Counted from the stretch's first letter, positions 46,445 through 55,653 are shown. The stretch is 64,000 nt of DNA from an uncultured Eubacteriales bacterium (GCA_900314975.1 OMXI01000004.1:5125-69124), one strand, 5' to 3'. Numbers and translations are program-made. The notes: generated from the letters alone by a model not told the origin.

Positions 46445-46471
46445 TTTACTGTATCATCATCATACAGTAAA
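46445..46471 (-). promoter_or_regulatory. Perfect 10-bp inverted repeat upstream of the ABC genes (candidate response-regulator box or HK terminator)
   Basis: TTTACTGTAT-7 nt-ATACAGTAAA lies in the 76-nt gap between the histidine kinase stop and the ABC ATPase start. There is no T-run after it on the minus strand. Confidence 0.4.
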
Positions 46472-46487
46472 AGTTATTAAGAAATCC

Positions 46488-47636
46488 TTAAGATACATCT
46501 GTCGGTGAAATCTCTTTCAAAGTCACCGTTACCTCAAGCCCGTGTCCCGTGTTGCGCAGCAAAAGCTGTGCGTCCATTTTGCCGCAAAGGTAGTTGACAA
46601 TATACAGCCCCAGACCGCTGCCCTGTGCTCCCTCGCAGTTGTGTCCGCGGTAGAATTTTTCCGTTACAAAAGCCATATCCTCGTTGGGAATGCCTTTTCC
46701 GTGGTCGGTGAACTTAACAGCAAGCGTGCTGCCCTGTCTTTCCAGCGCAACATCAATGTCCGTTTTGGCATACTTGCGCGCGTTGGTGACGATGTTTTCA
46801 ACTATCTGTTTGAGCCTGTCAGGGTCAGCGCTCGTCACAAATTCATAGCTTGGCTTTTCAAAATGTATCTCGCTGCCCTGCGGGTCAAGCTCGTCAATAG
46901 CCTGTTCAAGCAGACCGCATACCTCCGTGCGTGTTTGCTTTATATCCAGCTTGTCAAGGTCAGACAGCGAGTGTATGAACAAATCGTTTGTCAGCTTTGA
47001 TACCTCGTCACACTTGCGCATGATAACGTCAAGGTAGCGCTGCCTCTTTTCAGGCGAGCCCAGATACGCCTCCAGCCCCTCGGCATAGGCGCGTATCGAC
47101 GCAACAGGTGTCTTTATGTCGTGCGAAAGGGTAGCGATGACCGTCTTGTTGTTCTCCACAGCCTGCTTTTCGCCCGCACGCGCAGCAATTATCTCCCGCC
47201 TCATGCTGTCAAATGCCCAGGTGAACTTTCCGAAGTAGTTCTTGCGCTCGTAGTCAAGCGGTATGTCAAAGTTTCCTGCCGCAAGCTGCCCCGCGTACTT
47301 TTCCAGCTTTGCAAACGGGCGCAGCACCGCAAAATAAGTGTAAGCCGCATTTGCAAAAATAAAGATCGCAGCAATAAGGCATATCCACGCCACGCTGTAA
47401 TTAGTGCTTTTCTTTACGTCAAGCTTTCGCAGCTGCCCGTCAAGCTCGTCAAGCCGCTGCAGCGCCTGCTGCGTGTCACCGCCGTTTAAAAGCGTCTTTA
47501 CCTCGTTGACCGAAACCAGCTGCTCACTGCGAATATCGTCGAGATTATCGCTTGAATTTGCAGTATAAAACAGCACGCCCGCTATCGCAATCAGTATCGA
47601 AAACACAAGCGCCTGCGTAAACAGTTTACTTTTCAT
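46488..47636 (-). CDS. Sensor histidine kinase (two TM segments, HAMP, HisKA, HATPase_c)
   Basis: H-box LSHDIKTPV, N-box NARKY, G-boxes DHGKGI and GSGLGL. GGAGGA RBS precedes ATG 47636, which overlaps the RR stop (TGATG). Confidence 0.85.
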   Translation of the reverse strand: MKSKLFTQALVFSILIAIAGVLFYTANSSDNLDDIRSEQLVSVNEVKTLLNGGDTQQALQRLDELDGQLRKLDVKKSTNYSVAWICLIAAIFIFANAAYTYFAVLRPFAKLEKYAGQLAAGNFDIPLDYERKNYFGKFTWAFDSMRREIIAARAGEKQAVENNKTVIATLSHDIKTPVASIRAYAEGLEAYLGSPEKRQRYLDVIMRKCDEVSKLTNDLFIHSLSDLDKLDIKQTRTEVCGLLEQAIDELDPQGSEIHFEKPSYEFVTSADPDRLKQIVENIVTNARKYAKTDIDVALERQGSTLAVKFTDHGKGIPNEDMAFVTEKFYRGHNCEGAQGSGLGLYIVNYLCGKMDAQLLLRNTGHGLEVTVTLKEISPTDVS

Positions 47637-48322
47637 CACTTATCCTCCAGAATGTAGCCTACGCCCCAGACGGTCTTTATGTAGGCGGGCTTTGCAGGGT
47701 CGCTTTCAAGCTTTTCGCGCAGCCAGCGTATATGCACCGTCAGTGTCGACGGCTCGACCATCGAAAACGCGCCCCAGACCTCGCTAATCAGCTTGTCCTT
47801 TGCCACAGCCTCGTTCTTGTGCTCGCACAGGTACGCCAGCAGGTCAAATTCGCGCAATGACAGATTGACCGTCTTGCCGCCGCGCGTCACCGTCCTCGCC
47901 GTGATGTTCACGCAAATGTCGCCGAAGCTCACGCTCTTTTCCTTTTCGCTGCTTCCGTATGTTCGCCGCAAAAGCGCGTTTATGCGCGAAAGCAGCTCCT
48001 TCATCGAGTACGGCTTTGGCAGATAGTCGTCACCGCCTATGTCAAAGCCCGTAATCCTGTCTGTCTCGCTTGTGCGTGCGCTTGCAAATATCACAGGCAC
48101 GTTTGATACCTCGCGCAGCTGCCTGCAAACGTCAAATCCGTCGCTGTCGGGCAGATTGATGTCAAGCAGTATAAGGTCAAAGCTGCCCTGCGACAGCACG
48201 TCAAAGCCTTCCGAACTACTCTGCGCGCTTTTCACCTCAAAGCCCTTGCTTTCGAGCATATCGGTTATTATCATCGAAAGGTCAGCGTCATCATCTATAA
48301 TAAGTATACGTCTTGCCTGCAT
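47636..48322 (-). CDS. OmpR-family response regulator
   Basis: REC (ILIIDDD...LLDINLPD.DG...KP) plus a winged-helix domain (TVHIRWLREKLE...IKTVWGVGY). ATG 48322 (MQARR) is preferred over the track's GTG 48331. Confidence 0.85.
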   Translation of the reverse strand: MQARRILIIDDDADLSMIITDMLESKGFEVKSAQSSSEGFDVLSQGSFDLILLDINLPDSDGFDVCRQLREVSNVPVIFASARTSETDRITGFDIGGDDYLPKPYSMKELLSRINALLRRTYGSSEKEKSVSFGDICVNITARTVTRGGKTVNLSLREFDLLAYLCEHKNEAVAKDKLISEVWGAFSMVEPSTLTVHIRWLREKLESDPAKPAYIKTVWGVGYILEDK

Positions 48323-48387
48323 AGCCTTCACCCCGTAATAAAATCTGACTTTATTTTAGCACATATCCCGCCCAAAATCAACCGCGA

Positions 48388-48424
48388 AACAGCAAAAGAC
48401 CCGCACCTCTTTCGGTACAGGTCT
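48388..48424 (-). terminator. Rho-independent terminator after the lipoprotein gene
   Basis: On the minus strand, AGACCTGTACC-gaaaga-GGTGCGGGTCT (two G-U pairs) is followed by TTTTGCTGTTT. Confidence 0.5.
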
Positions 48425-48443
48425 TTCACAAATGGAAGGTATA

Positions 48444-49985
48444 TTATCTTGCGTTCGCTGTTTTTTCTTGCGCCTTAATTTCTTCAAGCGCCTTTTCAAA
48501 GCACGATATAGACTTCAGCGCGTTGGAATCATCGGTCACCTCGTCATTGTCGCCCTTTGAGTACAGCTTTACAGGCTTTGAGTCAACGAGCGCATAAAGC
48601 GTGTCCTGACCGTAGTCACACATCTTGTGTTCGCAGGTGAACTTTGCCTCGGGGTTCATTTTTGACGCAAATTCTACGCCCTGCTGCAAAAGCGCCGTGT
48701 CGCATTTAACGCCCGATGCTTCGATTTCAGCGATCCCGTTTTTAAGGTTGTCTATAACATTCTCGATAGTATTGCCGCTGCCTGCTATTGATTTTGAAAA
48801 ATCAAAGCTGTACACCTGCCCCTGCGCATCTATGCACATACCGCTTATATGCTGTCCCCACGCCCAGTTTGTACGCAGCTCTATGTACGAAAGCGGGAAC
48901 TGCGGCTTTACATTGCTCTTCTTTATTTCAGGTCTTGGCAGCTCTATCGTCTTTACAAGGTTTTTCTCTGACTGTGTAACACCGCATCGCACGAACTCAT
49001 CAAACCGTTCGCTGCTTGCACCGTAATACAGCGTGCCGTTTTTCAGCTTCAACACATAAACCTTTGCGCCGCCGTCTAACTGCGGGTGCTCAACGAGTAT
49101 GCCCTCGCCGATGCCGATTTCCTCGCCGTCCTTGGTCTTGAGAGTAAGAATGTTCCTTGCGCCGCCCTGAACGTGCTGTTCGCCTTTAAGCTCGGTGTTT
49201 CCATTTTTCAGTATATCGCAAAGCTCCGTAAATATCTTCTGCTTCCATACATTATCGACTATCTCGCCCTCGTAAACCTTTTGGACGTAGTTTTCCTTGT
49301 CGGTGACCGTCTGCTGTCCGCCAATGTATGTAAAGTCGGAGTACTTGCCGTCTGTGATATTCTTGACCTTGTCCTTTAAAATGCTGCGGTTGTCGTCCGT
49401 CTTTACAAGGTTTTCATCGCTTATAACACCCTCGCGTATATCTGTATCGAAAATGCGCTGATCTTCGCTGTCGGCTGTAAAATACATTGTTCCGTACTGC
49501 GAGATGAAAGCATAAGCGCTCGGTCCGCCTGCCTCCTCGTCATTGTTGGTGATAATACACTTGTAAACAACGTAATGCTCGCCGCCGCTGCCCTCGATAG
49601 TAAGCTCGGGTTCGCTCTGTCCCGCCTTCTGTCCGTATTTGAGCGTCATCTCGCCGCTGCTGATTATCCTGCAAAGCGTGTCAAATATCTCCTGCCTGAA
49701 CTCCTCGGCAACTATCTCACCTTTATAGTAGTATTGCGTGCGCATATCCTTGTCGTAATCACTCGCGCTCGAATAGTATCTGTAATAGTCAAAGCTTTGT
49801 TTTGCAAAGTCCTGCGCAATTGTCGTCGGGGGAGTGAGTTTATCCATTCTGCTGCTGTCGGGGTCGGGTACCTTCTGCGATACCGTGGAAATGTCCGTTC
49901 CCGCCGTACCCTCTGCGGAGTCCGTGCAAGCCGCCATAGAAAGTACCATAGCCGCTGCAACTATCATAGCTGCTAATTTTTTCAT
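48444..49985 (-). CDS. Lipoprotein of unknown function with an internal domain duplication
   Basis: Lipobox MVLSMAAC|TDS. There are two similar modules: YYKGEIVAEEFRQEIFDTLCRIISSGEMTLKYGQ and VYEGEIVDNVWKQKIFTELCDILKNGNTELKGEQ. Confidence 0.7.
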   Translation of the reverse strand: MKKLAAMIVAAAMVLSMAACTDSAEGTAGTDISTVSQKVPDPDSSRMDKLTPPTTIAQDFAKQSFDYYRYYSSASDYDKDMRTQYYYKGEIVAEEFRQEIFDTLCRIISSGEMTLKYGQKAGQSEPELTIEGSGGEHYVVYKCIITNNDEEAGGPSAYAFISQYGTMYFTADSEDQRIFDTDIREGVISDENLVKTDDNRSILKDKVKNITDGKYSDFTYIGGQQTVTDKENYVQKVYEGEIVDNVWKQKIFTELCDILKNGNTELKGEQHVQGGARNILTLKTKDGEEIGIGEGILVEHPQLDGGAKVYVLKLKNGTLYYGASSERFDEFVRCGVTQSEKNLVKTIELPRPEIKKSNVKPQFPLSYIELRTNWAWGQHISGMCIDAQGQVYSFDFSKSIAGSGNTIENVIDNLKNGIAEIEASGVKCDTALLQQGVEFASKMNPEAKFTCEHKMCDYGQDTLYALVDSKPVKLYSKGDNDEVTDDSNALKSISCFEKALEEIKAQEKTANAR

Positions 49986-50109
49986 AGTAATGATCTCCTT
50001 TCGTGTCGGTGTTGATATATATACGAATGGAAAGGGAATAATTTATGGCAGCAAAACTCACAAATCGCTGCGCCTGTATTTGTTTATATTGACATATCTC
50101 AGTCAGCGA

Positions 50110-50152
50110 GGTTAGTTACTTGTGCAGTGCAAAAGCAGTCAAGTAATTAACC
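50110..50152. promoter_or_regulatory. Inverted repeat sharing half-sites with the GntR-operon operator
   Basis: GGTTAGTTACTTG (50110-50122) pairs with CAAGTAATTAACC (50140-50152), complementary at 12 of 13 positions. Confidence 0.35.
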
Positions 50153-50286
50153 TGACAAACCGTAATCAACCGTTTTTTTATGTCAAACTGAATACTTGAC
50201 AATATTTTTAGTGCCCGCAACCCAGCGCAAATACGCGCTTTTTGTAAATGCCTGAAATTTTTTTTGAAAAAATATCAAAAAAGGGC

Positions 50287-50335
50287 TTGACAAAAAGGGT
50301 AGTTAGTGATATAGTTAGTTACAGAGGTAATTAAC
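50287..50335 (+). promoter_or_regulatory. Promoter with overlapping inverted-repeat operator (candidate YtrA/GntR autoregulation site)
   Basis: TTGACA (50287-50292), a 17-nt spacer, then TATAGT (50310-50315). GTTAGTTAC-agag-GTAATTAAC (50314-50335) overlaps the -10/+1 region. More TAGTTAGT-like copies lie at ~50300 and, inverted, at ~50344-50355. Confidence 0.45.
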
Positions 50336-50378
50336 CCACAAACAAACTAACCTACAAAAGCACAAAGGAGATGAGTAT

Positions 50379-50459
50379 ATGTGGATAGGTGCAGCACCGC
50401 TCATTGCAATGTTATTAAAAAGGATATATGATGACAGGCGCGCAAAGAAAAACAGCTGA
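50379..50459 (+). CDS. Candidate 26-aa small membrane peptide in the GntR-operon leader
   Basis: AAAGGAG lies 8 nt upstream of ATG 50379. The product is MWIGAAPLIAMLLKRIYDDRRAKKNS, a hydrophobic helix with a basic tail. It is too short for the ORF track. Confidence 0.25.
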   Translation: MWIGAAPLIAMLLKRIYDDRRAKKNS

Positions 50460-50518
50460 ACAAAACATAAAACAAATAAAGAACAAAAGAACGAAGACAA
50501 CGCAAAGGAGGACAGATA

Positions 50519-50878
50519 ATGCAGATAAACTTTGAAAGCGAAAAGCCGATCTTCGTACAGCTGGCGGATTGGCTGAGCGACAGTATCATTTCGGGAGCCA
50601 TAAAAGAAGGGGAGCAGATACCGTCAACCACAGAAATGTCGGTGAACCTGAAGATCAATCCCGCGACCGCGCTGAAGGGCGTGAATATGCTGGTAGACAA
50701 GGGCATCATCTATAAGAAAAGGGGACTGGGAATGTTTGTATCACAAGGAGCAGTTGAAACACTGAAAAAGGAAAGGCAGTCAGAGTTCTTCGGCGAGTAT
50801 ATCAGAAAAATGCTTGATGAAGCAGCCAAGCTCGGACTTACCAAAAACGACATAATCGAACTTATCGAAAGGGGATAA
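50519..50878 (+). CDS. GntR family transcriptional regulator, YtrA subfamily (short effector domain)
   Basis: Winged HTH (IPSTTEMSVNLKINPATALKGVNMLVDKGIIYKKRGLGMFV). At 119 aa it fits the YtrA-type size. It precedes an ABC ATPase and membrane proteins. Confidence 0.8.
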   Translation: MQINFESEKPIFVQLADWLSDSIISGAIKEGEQIPSTTEMSVNLKINPATALKGVNMLVDKGIIYKKRGLGMFVSQGAVETLKKERQSEFFGEYIRKMLDEAAKLGLTKNDIIELIERG

Positions 50879-50883
50879 TAAAA

Positions 50884-51729
50884 ATGAGAGGGATAGAACT
50901 TAAAAATCTTACAAAACACTATAAGGACACCAAAGCACTTGAGGATATCTCGCTGACCATAGAGTACGGCAAGATCTACGGACTGCTCGGCAGGAACGGT
51001 GCAGGCAAATCCACAATGGTAAACCTCATCTCAAACCGCATCTTCCCGACCTCGGGCGAGATCTTCGTAGACGGCGAGATGTCCATCGAGAACGACGAGG
51101 CGCTGCGCAAGATCTTCACCATGAGCGAGCATAACCTGCTCCCCGTTGACAGAAAGTTCAAGGACGCAGTCAAGCTGGTAAAGGAGTTTTACCCCGCACT
51201 TGACGAGGATTACGCCTTCGCCCTTGCAGAAAAATTCGAGCTTGACGTCAAGAAAAAGCTGATGTCGCTCTCAACAGGCTATTCAAGCATCTCAAAGCTC
51301 ATAATCGCGCTTGCATCGGGTGCTGACTACATATTCTTTGACGAGCCTGTTTTGGGTCTTGACCCTAATCACAGAGAGCTTTTCTATAAGGAGCTCATCG
51401 ACCGCTACGCCAATACCGGCAGTACCTTCGTGATCTCCACCCACCTCATCGACGAGTGTGCAAGCCTTATCGAAAAAGCAATAATCATCGACAAGGGCAG
51501 ACTTGCCACCGCAGAGGACACCGAAAAGATAATGCAGGATTCCTACACCGTCACAGGACCTGCCGAGCTGGTCGATAAGTACACCGCAGGCAAGACCGTG
51601 ATCGGCAGCGATAACGTCGGCGGCATCAAGTCCGCATACGTCAAGGGCAAGGCTGAAAATGTTCCGCAGGGACTTGAGATCTCAAAGGCAAGCCTGCAAA
51701 GCCTGTTTATCAGAATGACAAACGATTGA
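50884..51729 (+). CDS. ABC transporter ATP-binding protein
   Basis: Walker A GRNGAGKST, signature LSTGYSS, Walker B IFFDEPVLGLD. Confidence 0.85.
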   Translation: MRGIELKNLTKHYKDTKALEDISLTIEYGKIYGLLGRNGAGKSTMVNLISNRIFPTSGEIFVDGEMSIENDEALRKIFTMSEHNLLPVDRKFKDAVKLVKEFYPALDEDYAFALAEKFELDVKKKLMSLSTGYSSISKLIIALASGADYIFFDEPVLGLDPNHRELFYKELIDRYANTGSTFVISTHLIDECASLIEKAIIIDKGRLATAEDTEKIMQDSYTVTGPAELVDKYTAGKTVIGSDNVGGIKSAYVKGKAENVPQGLEISKASLQSLFIRMTND

Positions 51730-51751
51730 GAACAAATGGGGGATAGATAAA

Positions 51752-52525
51752 ATGTATACAAAGAAATTACTTCGCACTACCTGGAATATAAAAGAAGTAT
51801 TATCGCTGGTAGCGGTTTTCGCGGTGATAGTTGCAATATTCTCGTTCATCGAGTTCCAGGACGCAAGAGGAGATCTTGATGACCTGTATAAAAAGAGCAG
51901 CACAGTAACTCAGGAGCAGATAGATAAAATAAGTGTCGTTTCGCCCGTCGGTATCATGGCAATGGTAGCCGCACTCGGCTTCGGACTTGCGTTCACCGCG
52001 CAGATGTTCAGCCTCTCGCTTCAGGTAAACGTCACCAGAAAGCACCTGCACCGCGCAACGCTCTTGTCCGAGCTGATATGCGCAGGTCTTATAACCGCAA
52101 CAGTATTTCCCGCAAGAATGGGTGTAAATCTTATCTTCTCAAAGCTTTGCACAGGCAGGTATTCCGTGCTTTCTGATAAGTTCAGAGATGTCGCCTTCAA
52201 TACAGCACCATTTTCAAAGAATATGGTCGCATCACAGGGCATTATCAGCGGCATACTTCTTATGCTCTTCGGCTCGCTGCTGTTCGCACTTATCGGCTCG
52301 CTGCTGCTGAATTTCCTGTCAAGGTTCAAAGGCGCAGGTGTGGTAGCGGCAAGCATACTTTGCTTCTTCGCAGCAGCAGGTATAGTCATCACACTTATCG
52401 TGCTTTCATCAAAGTGGATCTCTATCGCAGTTCTCGGCTCGCTTCTCGTGATAATGCTCGTGGCACAGTGGAAGCTGATAAAAACACAGACGCTTGACAG
52501 CAAAAGCGCTGTAAAAGCAGCATAA
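51752..52525 (+). CDS. Multi-TM membrane protein (putative ABC-2-like permease component)
   Basis: Roughly 6 hydrophobic segments. It follows the ATPase with its own RBS (GGGGGA). Confidence 0.6.
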   Translation: MYTKKLLRTTWNIKEVLSLVAVFAVIVAIFSFIEFQDARGDLDDLYKKSSTVTQEQIDKISVVSPVGIMAMVAALGFGLAFTAQMFSLSLQVNVTRKHLHRATLLSELICAGLITATVFPARMGVNLIFSKLCTGRYSVLSDKFRDVAFNTAPFSKNMVASQGIISGILLMLFGSLLFALIGSLLLNFLSRFKGAGVVAASILCFFAAAGIVITLIVLSSKWISIAVLGSLLVIMLVAQWKLIKTQTLDSKSAVKAA

Positions 52526-52538
52526 GGGGGAAAAGAAA

Positions 52539-53297
52539 ATGAAAAATGATCTGATGCGCTATGTACTCAAAAAATCGACCATTGTACAGAGTTTTATCGC
52601 CGTTTGTATCGCCGCAGTAATAAGCCTTGGCGTTATCATATTCTCGGCAGTATTCCTCGATCCGCCCGCTAAAGAAAAGGCTTTGAACAACATAACTACC
52701 GTGGTCCTCGCATTCTGGATGTTCATAAGCGCGGTAACTGTTTCGAGTGAATGCGCAAATATGAGCATCTGCCTCAACCGTTCAAGAAGATCGGCGCTCA
52801 AAACCGTGTTTGCATCACTGCTGATAAGCACAGTCGTGTTCGCCGCTGTAAACTTCGCAGCAGAGGCACTGCTTTCGGGCGTTTGCCCCGGCCTGGGACT
52901 TAATTATTCTTTCAGCCCGCTTATCAAAATCTTTGGCATAGTAAAGACAGGCACCGATATCGCAGGTCTGGCACTCGCATTCGCATTCCAGCTTCTCGTC
53001 TACTACTGCATCGGCATCGCAGGCGCACTCTTTATGACCGTGTGCTTAAAGTGCGGCAAATGGGCTTGGGTAATATTCTGGTTAGCGTATATGTCGCTGT
53101 TCATGTTCGGAAGGACCATCGTAAGCGGCTTGAAAAGCGCAGCAAGCAGTATGTTCTCAAGCACGGGCGCATTCGTACTGTGCCTGCTGGCAGTAACATC
53201 AGTCGTTTGTACGATCGTCCAGATCATCCTCGCAAGGAAGCTGGAGCTGAACAAAAACGCTTTGATGTTCGGCTATAAAAGAACTACCCAGCAATAA
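52539..53297 (+). CDS. Multi-TM membrane protein (second putative permease component)
   Basis: Roughly 6 hydrophobic segments. AAGGGGGA RBS. Last gene before the strong terminator. Confidence 0.6.
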   Translation: MKNDLMRYVLKKSTIVQSFIAVCIAAVISLGVIIFSAVFLDPPAKEKALNNITTVVLAFWMFISAVTVSSECANMSICLNRSRRSALKTVFASLLISTVVFAAVNFAAEALLSGVCPGLGLNYSFSPLIKIFGIVKTGTDIAGLALAFAFQLLVYYCIGIAGALFMTVCLKCGKWAWVIFWLAYMSLFMFGRTIVSGLKSAASSMFSSTGAFVLCLLAVTSVVCTIVQIILARKLELNKNALMFGYKRTTQQ

Positions 53298-53332
53298 AGA
53301 GCGTTATACTATCCCGCGCTCTTTAAATAATG

Positions 53333-53369
53333 ATCGGCATCTGCCCTTTGGCGGATGTCGATTTTTTTA
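53333..53369 (+). terminator. Rho-independent terminator marking the core/island boundary
   Basis: ATCGGCATC-12 nt loop-GATGTCGAT is followed by a T7 run. A second hairpin, AAAGAGCG...CGCTCTTT, sits just upstream at ~53297-53324. Confidence 0.7.
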
Positions 53370-53529
53370 TCGCTGCGCAGCATTTTCAGCAGGTTATCAT
53401 CAGCTTGTCATACTAATATAGTATAATATAAATCAACAATCAGACACAGCAGCTTCAAATCTGTTAAAAGTGTGAAAGAAATTCATAAATCGCACAATCA
53501 TCTTTGTGCATTTTTGTCAAATATGCTTA

Positions 53530-53558
53530 TTGCCAAATAAGGACTTTTATTGTATAAT
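53530..53558 (+). promoter_or_regulatory. Sigma-A type promoter of the AT-rich island operon
   Basis: TTGCCA (53530-53535), a 17-nt spacer, then TATAAT (53553-53558) preceded by TG. It lies about 94 nt upstream of ATG 53652. Confidence 0.5.
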
Positions 53559-53651
53559 ATAAGAGAGTAAATATGCCTACAAGGGGCAAGTGTACCCTCT
53601 TGACGAAAATGTCTAAATTATTAACATAAAAATGAAAGCGAGGTGAGAGTA

Positions 53652-54734
53652 ATGAGTGAAAGGTCTGTAAATGAAAACAATAAGCTGTGGGAAGCAGCCG
53701 AAAGAGTAGCCGAAAAGGTGGTGGCTGCAAAAAAGGCAGAAAGCGAAGAAGAACGCCGCAAGCAGAAAAAGCGTATCGTCAAGCTGGTACTTCTGATGAC
53801 GCTCATTGCCCTCATTATAGTTTTCGCATCTATTGCTTGGTTTGCCCAAAACAAAGCAGTGTCGGCTAACACAATGGCTGTATCAGCTGCACCATCACCA
53901 TTTGAACTTGAGACAGTCGGTTATGCAAATAATGACTATATTGATTTATTCAATATGGCTGATCCGGAGTATGAAGAAGGCGAACAGCAGGGTTCTACAA
54001 GTGCTTATCGTACAGGAACTGCCCAGCAAATAAGATGGCGCCTTGACAGCGATGACGATGATTCATACACCGAAGGATTCAGACCGGGAGCTTCGGGTTC
54101 GCTGACATTCAAGGTCGTCCCCAAGGGCGTGGACTCTGTCACTGTAAATTGCAAGTTCAATATAAGGGCTTTTGTTGGTAATTATAACGATACTACTGGT
54201 GATTTGGAAAGCATAGATGAAGTTACATCAGCAACGACGGATAACGATCAGAAAGATGCTTGTAATTATATAAACGGACACATTCTTTTCTTTCAGAATA
54301 AAACAACGGTAAGCGGGAATGACATTTATTCCGGATACATTGGTACTAATGGGTTGAATGTAACGGCTACAGGCGGAAACACTCAAACGGTTACAGTTTA
54401 CTGGAAATGGGTAAATACTTTTGACCAGATGATCTTAAAGTCAACAGACAGCTATAATGATTACCCTCTTATTGCAGATTCAGGCGGAACTGCACAGCAG
54501 GATAGAGATGCACTGATCGCATATATCAAAGCAAATTATTCAAAGATCTTTTCTGGATTGAGCAGTGAAGATCAAACTTCAATTTCAAGTATAACATATG
54601 ATAATTTAAAGAATTCTGCACTGCTTGGTGCACTATGTGACGCATATAATGCTGCCGATCAGATAATCGGTGTAAATCTGGATTATTTCATGCTGGAACT
54701 TACGGCTGATGTCGGAACATCTTCTAATAATTAA
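53652..54734 (+). CDS. Island protein A: charged cytoplasmic N-tail, one TM segment, SipW/TasA-signal-like AWFAQN motif, beta-rich ectodomain
   Basis: AGGTGA RBS and ATG 53652. The N-terminus ends ...KKRIVKLVLLMTLIALIIVFASIAWFAQNKAVSANTMAVSA. The ectodomain has GFRPGASGSLTFKVVPKG and TVTVYWKWVNTF, reminiscent of TasA/camelysin-type proteins (PGD...F.V.N.G and W.W motifs). This is similarity by eye only. Confidence 0.6.
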   Translation: MSERSVNENNKLWEAAERVAEKVVAAKKAESEEERRKQKKRIVKLVLLMTLIALIIVFASIAWFAQNKAVSANTMAVSAAPSPFELETVGYANNDYIDLFNMADPEYEEGEQQGSTSAYRTGTAQQIRWRLDSDDDDSYTEGFRPGASGSLTFKVVPKGVDSVTVNCKFNIRAFVGNYNDTTGDLESIDEVTSATTDNDQKDACNYINGHILFFQNKTTVSGNDIYSGYIGTNGLNVTATGGNTQTVTVYWKWVNTFDQMILKSTDSYNDYPLIADSGGTAQQDRDALIAYIKANYSKIFSGLSSEDQTSISSITYDNLKNSALLGALCDAYNAADQIIGVNLDYFMLELTADVGTSSNN

Positions 54735-54767
54735 ATCGAGATAATGATGCGAAAGGAGGGCTGCAGC

Positions 54768-55628
54768 GTGAAAAAGCTTTTTGAAAGAATCAAAAAAATG
54801 TCAAAGCGGAAAAAAGTACAAACTGTTATCGCGCTTGCCCTTACAGTAGCATTGTGTTTTGCTATACCTGCCTTTTCTTGGTTTAACAATCAGAAAAAGA
54901 TAGCAGAAATTGCAAAAATAAAAGCACCTGATGAGTTGTATATCAATGCAGCTCATAAAGAAGATGTTATCAATCTTGATATGTCATCAATAAACGTTTC
55001 CCAGAAAATACCGAATACTAACACACCTATCACATCACAAAGCTTTGTGTTCAGCGTATCAGGCGAATGGGTAAACAGCTTCACACTTCAGATAGAACAC
55101 ACTACAAACAATCCCTACACTTATACGTTTTATGAAGGAGTAATCTACGAATCTGAAAGCGCTATGCGTGCAGCTCACTCCGATTGTGATACAAGAAATG
55201 CCGATGGTTCACTGAAATATGTTGAGTATGTTGCCACGAATGTATATGATAGTGAAGAGATGAGTAAAATAACCACATGGCCAGATGACGGTTTAACAAT
55301 AACGACTGGACAAAGGATTTTCATTTGGATTGGTGATGAAATCAAAAATATGAAAAATCAAACTGGAGGATATCTTAATAAGGCAACAGGACAAAGATAT
55401 TCAGATGGTTCCACCTTGACGCCAAAGTCTTATGAAAGCGGAACAGTAAAGGATAAATATGCCGATCCTGTATACTGGCAGCTTAAGAACATAAAAGGCG
55501 GAGATACAAAAGGACAGCCTTTTTATAAAACATATGTAATTAAAGCAAGTTGGACTGGTATTTCTGATGTAGCAGAGGATTATAACAAAGAAACTGATAT
55601 TTTCTACATTTCAGCTTTTGTAGAGTGA
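54768..55628 (+). CDS. Island protein B: basic N-tail, one TM segment, FSWFNNQ motif, beta-rich ectodomain
   Basis: AAGGAGGG RBS lies 7 nt before GTG 54768; the track's ATG 54744 lacks an RBS. The N-terminus is (M)KKLFERIKKMSKRKKVQTVIALALTVALCFAIPAFSWFNNQKKIAEIAKIKAP. Confidence 0.6.
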   Translation: MKKLFERIKKMSKRKKVQTVIALALTVALCFAIPAFSWFNNQKKIAEIAKIKAPDELYINAAHKEDVINLDMSSINVSQKIPNTNTPITSQSFVFSVSGEWVNSFTLQIEHTTNNPYTYTFYEGVIYESESAMRAAHSDCDTRNADGSLKYVEYVATNVYDSEEMSKITTWPDDGLTITTGQRIFIWIGDEIKNMKNQTGGYLNKATGQRYSDGSTLTPKSYESGTVKDKYADPVYWQLKNIKGGDTKGQPFYKTYVIKASWTGISDVAEDYNKETDIFYISAFVE

Positions 55629-55653
55629 ATACGCAATGACGGGAGTGAGACAG

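Noticed and set aside
53370-53650. Looked for an integrase, tRNA/att site or transposase end at the left boundary of the AT-rich island
   Set aside because: The boundary holds only a terminator, AT-rich spacer, a weak hairpin (GCACAA...TTGTGC, ~53492-53509) and the promoter. There is no direct repeat or tRNA-like sequence. The island call therefore rests on composition and gene content only.
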